From Candidatus Sumerlaeia bacterium (GTDB taxonomy: Bacteria; Sumerlaeota; Sumerlaeia; SLMS01), in assembly GCA_038208905.1 (NCBI GenBank), contig JBBQYG010000029.1, positions 1-31,539 of the forward strand: a DNA stretch of 31,539 bases, written 5' to 3'. The stretch's first letter is position 1, and each line of letters opens with the position of its first letter. The notes beneath the pieces are model-generated. The model had not been told where the DNA came from, did no database searches, and saw only the letters and a list, made by a program, of their open reading frames with translations. Both the position numbers and the translations under genes were made by a program. Below, piece after piece: positions 9,517-17,174 of the stretch.

Positions 9517-10449
9517 CTATCGCTTCGATGTGATCTCAAATGTGTCAATGGCCCTGCTTATCGTATTGATCGCCGCCCCGCTGATTCCGTCCGGACGAAT
9601 CTCGATGGCCAGAAACGTCTCAAGCGCATCGTACTGTGTCAGGCGATCTTGATCTTCGGGCCAGTTTTCCCGGTCCACCCGACCGCTGGCCCCCTGAACG
9701 ATGGCGACTGTGGTGCTCCCGGGAATCCTGCGGCGCTCATAGACGTGATTGTGACCCGAGATCAGCATGTCGAAGGGCCGCGCGCCACTGGTCGCTTTAT
9801 CGATGATGTCCACTATCCCCGGCGAGCCGCCGTGTGCGATCTTTGAGGCATAGGGAGGGTGGTGGGTGATGCAGAGGAGCCACTTCGAGGTGTCTTGCAT
9901 CAGCTCCTCCGCCAGCCAGCGCTGTTGCTCTGGATCGCCCTGAATCGTTTCGCTGTCGAGCATATAGAGCGAATACAGCCCGCCATCACCGGCGATGCGA
10001 TAATAGTTCTTCCCCCCCATGCCCAGCCGTGGGTCCGCCATCTGGGGAATCGCCTGCTTGTTTCCATAGTCATGATTGCCCAATACCGCATTGACGGGAA
10101 TCCCGGCAGCGAAGATCTTGGCAAGGGGACGGAAGAGTTTCTCCTCGGATGCCTCGGGGTAGGACCCCTCGCTGTAGATGTTGTCGCCCAGAAGGATAAG
10201 CGCTTCGATGCCCTCGGCCGAGTGCCAGCGGGCAACGATTCCAGCGAGGCTGCGTTGGGCACCACTCCCACGGCCTGCGTCTCCCATAAGGGCGAGGCGG
10301 GCCCCCGTGCGCGGCGCAGGGCTATCCGAAGCGAACCCGTGCCATACGGTCTCAGTGCGGGAGGAGCCTTTCGCCCCGCTAGCGCGCCCTTGATCGCAGG
10401 CGAAGAGCGATAGAACACCGATGAGGGCCAGACACCATACAACTCTCAT
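9517..10449 (-). CDS. Calcineurin-like metallophosphoesterase (purple acid phosphatase-like), probable lipoprotein
   Basis: Metal motifs GDAG, GDNIY, GNHDY, HHP and GHNH. N-terminal hydrophobic stretch ends in the lipobox LFAC. Confidence 0.88.
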   Translation of the reverse strand: MRVVWCLALIGVLSLFACDQGRASGAKGSSRTETVWHGFASDSPAPRTGARLALMGDAGRGSGAQRSLAGIVARWHSAEGIEALILLGDNIYSEGSYPEASEEKLFRPLAKIFAAGIPVNAVLGNHDYGNKQAIPQMADPRLGMGGKNYYRIAGDGGLYSLYMLDSETIQGDPEQQRWLAEELMQDTSKWLLCITHHPPYASKIAHGGSPGIVDIIDKATSGARPFDMLISGHNHVYERRRIPGSTTVAIVQGASGRVDRENWPEDQDRLTQYDALETFLAIEIRPDGISGAAINTISRAIDTFEITSKR

Positions 10450-10520
10450 GAGTTTCTGGCTCCTTGCTGCGGGGAGTCATTGTTCCAAGGTACTCAAATT
10501 GCCGAGCGAGATGCAGGCCA

Positions 10521-11858
10521 CTACGCCTTGGTGACCCGCCCCCGCCCCGGCGCTCGTCCCGCCATCGCGTTCCGCGTGTCCAGAATCAGGCGCGCGCGTG
10601 CCCCCAGCGCATCGTAGTCGATGGACGAGTGATTCGTCGAGATCACCACCGCGTCGTAGTCCCCCGCGCTGGAGAGGGACACGCTCTCTCGCCCCGCCAG
10701 ATGGGCATACTCGCGTGTCTGCTTCACCACCGGGATGTGGTCGTCGTGATAGTCCACCTTCGCGCCGCGCTCCTCCAGCAATTCGATCAGCTTGAGCGAC
10801 GGGCTCTCGCGCAGGTCGTCCACGTCCTTCTTGTAGGCCAGACCCACCAGCAAGAGGCGGCTTCCGCGAAGCGCCTTCCCGTCCTCGTTCAGCTCCTCCA
10901 TCAGGCGGGCCACCACATAATAGGGCATCGAGGAATTGATCTCGCCGGCGAGCTCGATGAACTTGGTCGGCATGTCGAACTCGCGCGCCTTCCACGTCAG
11001 GTAGAAGGGGTCGATGGGGATGCAGTGCCCGCCAAGGCCCGGGCCCGGGTAGAACGGCATGTAGCCAAAGGGCTTGGTGGATGCCGCGCGGATCACCTCC
11101 CAGATGTCGATGTCCATGCGGTGAAAGACCATCTTCAACTCGTTCACCATCGCGATATTCACGCAGCGGAAGATATTCTCCACCAGCTTGGTGGCCTCCG
11201 CGGCCTGGGTACTGCTGACGGAGACGATCTTCTCCACGATGGCGCCATAGAGCGCCTCCGCGATGGCCAGCGCCTCGGGCGTCTGCCCGCCGACAACCTT
11301 GGGAATCGTGGCCGTGGTGTATTGCTTGTTGTTGGGATCCTCGCGCTCGGGCGAATACGCCACGAAGAAATCCACGCCGGACTTCAGGCCGGAGAGCCGC
11401 TCCAGAATCGGCACCATGATTTCCTCCGTGGTGCCGGGATAGGTGGTCGATTCCAGCGACACGAGTTGACCCCGGCGCAGGAACTTGCCCACCGACTCCG
11501 ATGTGCGCTCGATGTACGTCATGTCCGGCTCGCGGTTCCGCGTCAGCGGCGTCGGAATGCACAGGATCAGCGCGTCGCACTCCGCCGCGGCGGAGAAGTC
11601 CTGCGTCGCGCGGAACTTGCCGCCGCGAATGACAGCGGCGATGCGCTCTCCCGGCAGGTATTCGATGTAGGACTTCCCCGCGTGCAGTGCCTCGATCTTG
11701 CGCGAATCGATGTCCAGCCCCACCACTGGGAAACCCTTTTCCCCGAAGTGCAGGATCAACGGCAACCCCACGTACCCCAAGCCAACCACGCCCACCACGG
11801 CCTCGCGGCGTTCGATGCGCTGAAGGAATTTTTCGGTCAGGACCTGAGTGTCGGACAT
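10521..11858 (-). CDS. Nucleotide-sugar dehydrogenase (UDP-GlcNAc/ManNAc 6-dehydrogenase, WbpA/WecC type)
   Basis: Rossmann GLGYVGLP, ESTTYPGTT, YSPEREDP, KLVENIFR, catalytic GGHCIPIDP and GLAYKKDVDDLRESP. Confidence 0.93.
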   Translation of the reverse strand: MSDTQVLTEKFLQRIERREAVVGVVGLGYVGLPLILHFGEKGFPVVGLDIDSRKIEALHAGKSYIEYLPGERIAAVIRGGKFRATQDFSAAAECDALILCIPTPLTRNREPDMTYIERTSESVGKFLRRGQLVSLESTTYPGTTEEIMVPILERLSGLKSGVDFFVAYSPEREDPNNKQYTTATIPKVVGGQTPEALAIAEALYGAIVEKIVSVSSTQAAEATKLVENIFRCVNIAMVNELKMVFHRMDIDIWEVIRAASTKPFGYMPFYPGPGLGGHCIPIDPFYLTWKAREFDMPTKFIELAGEINSSMPYYVVARLMEELNEDGKALRGSRLLLVGLAYKKDVDDLRESPSLKLIELLEERGAKVDYHDDHIPVVKQTREYAHLAGRESVSLSSAGDYDAVVISTNHSSIDYDALGARARLILDTRNAMAGRAPGRGRVTKA

Positions 11859-11973
11859 GGGAACTCGCGTGTTTGGGATGATGCGCCAGCGTGGTCTGAG
11901 GGGCGGCGGGGTGGCAACGGGGGATTGATTGACAGATTGGCGTTCCCATCGCTTTCCCTTTGCCAGCCCTCGG

Positions 11974-11989
11974 TGGCGCGTTCCATGCT
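11974..11989 (+). promoter_or_regulatory. Candidate sigma54 (-24/-12) promoter for the radical SAM / amidotransferase operon
   Basis: TGGCGCG-TTCC-ATGCT versus consensus TGGCACG-N4-TTGCW, with exact GG-N10-GC spacing, about 60 bp upstream of 12050. A second GG-N10-GC motif lies at 11938-11953. Confidence 0.45.
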
Positions 11990-12049
11990 CTTTCCCGCTT
12001 GGGCAGGCCGGGGTGAATCAATCCCCGCGGCCCGGCCGGAAGGGTTTCC

Positions 12050-13216
12050 TTGAGCGTCTTCGACCGTCCCTACAAGCGCCTGTTCAACACGCTCGTTTCC
12101 ACGGGAGACAAGTTGCTTGGGAATTCGCGCGTTCTGGCGAGGCCGTTGCGCATCCATATCGAGGTCAACGACCTCTGCAACCTCAAGTGCCCCCATTGCC
12201 CGCGCGAAAACCCCGACATCCCCAAGAACACCGGCCACATCCCGCTGGAGGCGGTGAAGAATCTCGTCCCCTGGTTTGAGACCGCCACCTACGTTGGCCT
12301 CGCGGGAAACGGCGAGCCGTTTCTGCATCCCGATATCATCGAGATCCTCCGGGTCATTACCGGCGCGGGTGCGACGCCGTCCGTCATCAGCAACGCGACG
12401 CTGTGGAAGAAGCTCGACATGATCGACAAGATCGCGGGCATCGGGCCGATGCTGCTGATGGTCAGCGTGGACGGCGGCACCAAGGAGACCTTCGAGAAGT
12501 GGCGCCTGCGGGCGAACTTCGACGAGGTGCGCGAAAACCTCCGCGCTCTTCGCGAAGCCAAGGCCCGAAAGGGCACCGTGTTCCCCATCGTGAATTTCAT
12601 CTCCTGCCTGATGAAGGAAACCATCGGCGAGGTGGAGCAGATCGTGGACGTGGCCGCGGAGGCCGACGCCAAGGTGATCATCTTCCAGAACATGTATCCC
12701 TACAACAAGCTGATGGAGGAAAACCGCGTCCGCGACATGGACGAGTGCCGCCGCGCCATCGCCCGCGCCCGCAAGCGCGCCGAGCCCCACGGCATCCGGA
12801 TCGACTGGCTCCCGATGAGCGAGGACGTGGATACGCGCGGCACCGAGGGCGGCGCCTACGGCTCCATCACCAGCGAGGACGCCGAGAAGCACCTCTCCGC
12901 CAATGGCAACGGCCACCATCACGAGAGCGGCGCGCGTGAGCACTACCACTGCGACTCCATCATGCACCAGATTCACGTGACGGTGCAGGGCAAGATCAAG
13001 TATTGCTGCTTCTGGACCGAGGGCGAAATCGGCGACCTAAAGACAGACGATTTCGGCGACCTATGGAACGGGGAGAAGTGGCAGCAGCTCCGCCGCGACC
13101 TGAAGCAGGGCAACAAGCCCAAGTCGTGCGAGGGGTGCCACAACCTCGTCGTGCATAGCCCGCGCAATATCGTCCGGGCCGGAATGAAGGATATGAAAGA
13201 CCTCTGGGGACAATAG
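12050..13216 (+). CDS. Radical SAM protein with C-terminal SPASM/Twitch domain
   Basis: CNLKCPHC (CxxxCxxC), GNGEPFLHP and SVDG. C-terminal C...GKIKYCC...IGDL...WN...CEGC. TTG start. Confidence 0.9.
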   Translation: MSVFDRPYKRLFNTLVSTGDKLLGNSRVLARPLRIHIEVNDLCNLKCPHCPRENPDIPKNTGHIPLEAVKNLVPWFETATYVGLAGNGEPFLHPDIIEILRVITGAGATPSVISNATLWKKLDMIDKIAGIGPMLLMVSVDGGTKETFEKWRLRANFDEVRENLRALREAKARKGTVFPIVNFISCLMKETIGEVEQIVDVAAEADAKVIIFQNMYPYNKLMEENRVRDMDECRRAIARARKRAEPHGIRIDWLPMSEDVDTRGTEGGAYGSITSEDAEKHLSANGNGHHHESGAREHYHCDSIMHQIHVTVQGKIKYCCFWTEGEIGDLKTDDFGDLWNGEKWQQLRRDLKQGNKPKSCEGCHNLVVHSPRNIVRAGMKDMKDLWGQ

Positions 13217-13223
13217 CGAAACG

Positions 13224-13961
13224 ATGACCCGCAAGCCACGCATCGGCGTTACCACCAACTTCAAGCACGAGGAAGTTTACTGCGGCGTGCCGCGCATCGA
13301 CCTCGCCACCAACTACACCGACGCCGTCGCGGCGGCGGGCGGCGTCCCGATGCCCCTTGTCGATCACGGCGCCGATTCCGCCGCCAGCTATATCGAGATG
13401 ATCGATGGCCTTCTCCTCACCGGCGGACCCGACATCGATCCCGCGCGCTATGGCGCGGAGCCGCACCTCAAGTGCAAGCTGGTCCACCCGCGCCGCGAGA
13501 ACTTCGAGGCCGAGTTGACGCGCCTCGCCATCGAGCGCGGCGTGCCGATCCTCGGAATCTGCCTCGGGCACCAAACGATCAATGTGGCGCTGGGCGGAAC
13601 GCTGATCCAGCACCTTCCGGACTCGGTGCCGGGCTACCCGCTGGAGCACGCGGGCGACGGCAAGAATCCGATGCCGCGCCACGGCGTCGCGCTGGATCCG
13701 GCATCGCGCCTCGCCGCCGTGCTCGGCACTCACGCGGTGGAAGTCACCACCAGCCACCACCAGGCCGTTGACCGCGTTGGCCGCGACCTCCGCGTCGTCG
13801 CCCACGCCCCCGACGGCGTCATCGAGGCGATGGAAAGCGCCGACGGCGACCAGGTCGTCGTCGTCCAGTGGCACCCCGAGTTCCTCGCGGCGGAGTCGGA
13901 TGTGCACCGCCGGTTGTTCGAGGATTTGGTGGAAAGGGCGCAGCGACGCGCCCAAGCCTAG
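13224..13961 (+). CDS. Class I glutamine amidotransferase / peptidase C26 (gamma-glutamyl-gamma-aminobutyrate hydrolase, PuuD-like)
   Basis: DGLLLTGGPDIDP, nucleophile elbow GICLGHQ, SHHQAV and VQWHPE. Starts 7 bp after the radical SAM stop. Confidence 0.92.
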   Translation: MTRKPRIGVTTNFKHEEVYCGVPRIDLATNYTDAVAAAGGVPMPLVDHGADSAASYIEMIDGLLLTGGPDIDPARYGAEPHLKCKLVHPRRENFEAELTRLAIERGVPILGICLGHQTINVALGGTLIQHLPDSVPGYPLEHAGDGKNPMPRHGVALDPASRLAAVLGTHAVEVTTSHHQAVDRVGRDLRVVAHAPDGVIEAMESADGDQVVVVQWHPEFLAAESDVHRRLFEDLVERAQRRAQA

Positions 13962-14530
13962 CGCTCCCTGCGCCCGTCAAGCCCGCGAAAGAGTTCCGGC
14001 CAACTCACAACCAGCTCCGAAAGCAATCCCTCCGCACAAAGCTGAGGCCCACTGGAACTGGCAATTCGTCCCCCAGCCGTATACACGTCGATCACGCGTC
14101 GGCGCGGATCGACGATCCACACTTGCTCCGTTCCATAGTCAAGATACCAGGCGCGCTTCTGCCCGATCTCGCTGGCTGAGTTGGAGGGCGACAACACTTC
14201 CACCGCGACGATGGGAGAACCAGCCACCCAGGTGTCGGTCGTCTCAGCGGACAACGTGAATACGGCGACGTCGGGAGATACAAGGATCGCCGGATCGATC
14301 GAAAGGGTGAAACCGGCCCCCTCGATGGAAACGAAAAGGTCTTCCCTTGCACAGAGATGCCTCTCCATCATTCCGCCAAGGCGGCTTGATACGATGCTGT
14401 GAAGCCAGTTCGATGGACTCATCTCGATCAATTCTCCCTCCCATAATTCCGCCCGCTTCAGGTGCGCGAACTCGGGGCCATAGAGTTCCTCCGGCGTGAC
14501 AAGGCGAGCTTTTGCCTGGGCGGCGGACAT
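13958..14530 (-). CDS. Uma2 (DUF820) family endonuclease, copy 2 (190 aa)
   Basis: ELWEGELIEMSP..H, SPDVAV, VAVEVLSPSN and KRAWYLDYG.EQVWIVDP. Start set at ATG 14530 by homology to copy 1. Confidence 0.88.
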   Translation of the reverse strand: MSAAQAKARLVTPEELYGPEFAHLKRAELWEGELIEMSPSNWLHSIVSSRLGGMMERHLCAREDLFVSIEGAGFTLSIDPAILVSPDVAVFTLSAETTDTWVAGSPIVAVEVLSPSNSASEIGQKRAWYLDYGTEQVWIVDPRRRVIDVYTAGGRIASSSGPQLCAEGLLSELVVSWPELFRGLDGRRER

Positions 14531-15090
14531 GGTTATTCCTCCAGATCGTCCTCGAAGATTTCGGCCAGCGGAAACGCCAAGCCATCGAGGACGCCCTCGC
14601 AAGTTACCGCGCCCGCGGTGATCGTCATGCCGCGCCCGTCGGCGAAATACACCTCCAAAGTCTTGCGACGCGGGTCCACGATCCACACCTGCTCCGCGCC
14701 GTACTTCAGGTACCACTGGCGCTTCTTTGTCATCTCGCTGCGCGAGTTGGAGGGGGAGAGGACTTCCACGGCTACGATGGGGGCGCCAGCGATCCACGGG
14801 GGGCGGCCACTGCGTCGATATACCGATACGTCAGGGGAGAGGAGTAGCGGCGGATCCTCTCGAAGCAGAAAGCCGATGCTCTCCGGCCCGACTCTAAGAT
14901 TTCTGTCTCGTCCGAGGTGCTGGCGAATAAGTACGATGATTTCGGTGACGACAGAACCGTGGTCACCACTCGATGGGCTCATTTCAATCAGTTCTCCATC
15001 CCAAAGCTCGGCCCGCTTCAGGTGCGCGAACTCGGGGCCATACAGTTCCTCCGGCGTAACGAGGCGTATTTTAGTCTGGGCGGCGGACAT
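14411..15090. repeat. Direct repeat of about 120 bp (14411-14530 and 14971-15090, offset 560) covering the 5' ends of the two Uma2 genes
   Basis: Ungapped manual alignment gives 17 mismatches in 120 nt (about 86% identity), including an identical run gcccgcttcaggtgcgcgaactcggggccata. Confidence 0.9.
14533..15090 (-). CDS. Uma2 (DUF820) family endonuclease, copy 1 (185 aa)
   Basis: ELWDGELIEMSP, SPDVSV, VAVEVLSPSN, KRQWYLKYGAEQVWIVDP and C-terminal VLDGLAFPLAEIF. Confidence 0.9.
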   Translation of the reverse strand: MSAAQTKIRLVTPEELYGPEFAHLKRAELWDGELIEMSPSSGDHGSVVTEIIVLIRQHLGRDRNLRVGPESIGFLLREDPPLLLSPDVSVYRRSGRPPWIAGAPIVAVEVLSPSNSRSEMTKKRQWYLKYGAEQVWIVDPRRKTLEVYFADGRGMTITAGAVTCEGVLDGLAFPLAEIFEDDLEE

Positions 15091-15174
15091 GGGCGGTGCT
15101 CCCGGGCGATCACCGGATAGTCAGCACATCGGGCGCGAACCCGGCAAGGGCGAATGGCGGGCCGGGGGAACTCC

Positions 15175-17040
15175 TCAGTGCAATTGCCAGTCGTCCACCG
15201 CTGCCGAGGGGATCCAATCAACGCCGCCGATGGCGAAGTTGTCCACCCGCGCCTCGGCGAGATTGAAGGTCCCCATCCTGACCCAGCCCACCCGCTGGGC
15301 GTTGTCGGGTACCGTCCAATTCACGACCGGCGTGCCGGAGCCGTTCTTGTAGATCCGGTACTCAAGCTGAGCGGGGCGCGCGATCACCGACACGCGGAAG
15401 GTGTCACCTGTTGCGATGCCGATCACCTGGTTGAAGGTGTTGATCTGGCCCCACTGGTTTGTGCGGCGAAGAACCACGCGGTTCTGGCGCGCGGCGTCGG
15501 AGACGCTGGTGAAGAACGTGAGCGAGTAGCCGAGCGAGCCCTCGCGGATGCGGAAGTCGAAGTTCGACTCCGCCGTGTTGGCGGAACCCGTCGCGCGATT
15601 CGCATTCGTCACGGTGAAGTCCAGCTCCGCGCGGAAGTCGCCATACACATAGCCCGCCGTGCGCAGCGTCGCGCCGCCGTCGGTCCCCGAGCCCAGCAGG
15701 CGCACCGAGCCACCCGATGCCGACGCCGATCCGGCTGCGGTCGTCTCAACGCGCCAGTGGGGGAGCGGCGCGGCGGAGTCGAGCGACGCAAAGGCGTCCT
15801 CCCACCACTTCGCCGCATGATCGATGGCCCCGCCTCCGCCCGCCATGCTGCCGCGCGGATAGTTCTGCGCCGCGGCAGCCTGGAAACCATACCACGGGTT
15901 CACGCTGGCGTTGGTGGAGGCGATGGACGACTTCTGGCGCAGCAGCGAGTAGTCCAGCCAACCGCCGCCAATCGTGTCGTGGAACACGAACCACATCGCG
16001 CCCGCGATATTGTGATTCGCCAAACCGGGCCACGCGCCGCCGGTTCCCGTGTTCCAGTTGTGGAGCGCCTGGTACGAGGCCTGGGCGAATTGAGCGCCGA
16101 TGGCCGACTCGGTCGCGTTGGGCATGTGCTTGTTGAACTCGGTGATGAACACCGGGCGATCGTTCAGGCCAAACTGGTCGATGATCATCAACTGCTCGCG
16201 GATGTCCTGCATGAATCCATCCGCGCCAAAGTTGCTTCCGCCGGGCTGCGCATAGGCGTGCAGCCCAAAGCCGTCGATCTTGCCGCGATCGCCCACGGGC
16301 ACTGCCTCGATCTGGCGCCAGAGGAACTCGTTGCCGTCCATGTATCGCACGCCCGGCGACGCGTTGCCCGGCGAGTTGGGCTGCATCAGTGCGATCTGCC
16401 GCGGGGGCGCGAAGTTCGGCGTCACCGTGTGGATCGCGTCGCGGACGGCAAGGTAGGTCGCCGCATACTGCGCGGGCGTCGGCTCCCAGGCGATGTTGTA
16501 GGCGCTGGCCCCCGTGTTCCAACGGTTGTTCTCGATCGTGCCCGCGATGTTGATCTCGTTCCCCACCTGCCAGATGCGCGCATGGTTGGCGTGGGTCGTC
16601 GCGGCTGCCGCCGCGGCGCTGGCAAAGTTCGCCAGCGTGAAGGGGTCGTTGTTGGGGCTCCCCACCGACTCGAAAAAGGGGACATTGCGCCCCCAGTTCG
16701 GCTGAAGCCGATAGATCAGCGAATGCCCCTTCCCTCCGCCCGTCACGCGCGCGTTGTGGCCGCCCGCGCCAAAGCCCGAAAACCACTCCGGGCTCATCCA
16801 GATGTCGCGCTGCCCCGCCGGCGAGAGGTTGTCTAAGTGGTTGATCTCCAGCGCCCACACCTCGCGCCCCGGGGCCATCGCCTCCACATCGTCGGCCGTG
16901 GGCGCGTTGGACGCGCTGGGGTCCGTGTCGCCGTACCAGTGTACCCCATAGAGGGAATTCGCGTCGTTGAGCTGGGCATTGGCAGGACCCCCCAACACGG
17001 CGATCAAGAGGAGCGGCAGGACGGTGCAGATCTTCATCAT
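15175..17040 (-). CDS. Secreted clan GH-A-like glycoside hydrolase with C-terminal beta-sandwich (ConA/DUF1080-like) domain
   Basis: Signal peptide ending ANA. Acid/base-like WQVGNEIN, GFGLHAY and nucleophile-like VFITEFN. C-terminal beta-rich domain (YVYGDFRAELDF...ARVDNF). Ends SAAVDDWQLH. Confidence 0.75.
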   Translation of the reverse strand: MMKICTVLPLLLIAVLGGPANAQLNDANSLYGVHWYGDTDPSASNAPTADDVEAMAPGREVWALEINHLDNLSPAGQRDIWMSPEWFSGFGAGGHNARVTGGGKGHSLIYRLQPNWGRNVPFFESVGSPNNDPFTLANFASAAAAAATTHANHARIWQVGNEINIAGTIENNRWNTGASAYNIAWEPTPAQYAATYLAVRDAIHTVTPNFAPPRQIALMQPNSPGNASPGVRYMDGNEFLWRQIEAVPVGDRGKIDGFGLHAYAQPGGSNFGADGFMQDIREQLMIIDQFGLNDRPVFITEFNKHMPNATESAIGAQFAQASYQALHNWNTGTGGAWPGLANHNIAGAMWFVFHDTIGGGWLDYSLLRQKSSIASTNASVNPWYGFQAAAAQNYPRGSMAGGGGAIDHAAKWWEDAFASLDSAAPLPHWRVETTAAGSASASGGSVRLLGSGTDGGATLRTAGYVYGDFRAELDFTVTNANRATGSANTAESNFDFRIREGSLGYSLTFFTSVSDAARQNRVVLRRTNQWGQINTFNQVIGIATGDTFRVSVIARPAQLEYRIYKNGSGTPVVNWTVPDNAQRVGWVRMGTFNLAEARVDNFAIGGVDWIPSAAVDDWQLH

Positions 17041-17174
17041 GGAGGTGGGGCCATGCGAGGTGGTATCAGAGACTCATGCAGCCGCTTACGTCCCCACCCG
17101 GCACGGAGCCAGAGAAATATCGCAATCCGCCCGGTCGATAGCCGCCGAGAGGCACGATGCTCCGCCGCTCCGCC

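Noticed and set aside
14411-15090. 120-bp repeat pair as a DGR template/variable repeat or a CRISPR-like unit
   Set aside because: Mismatches are not adenine-specific and are largely synonymous. Both copies are gene 5' ends, there are only two copies, and no reverse transcriptase or cas gene is present.
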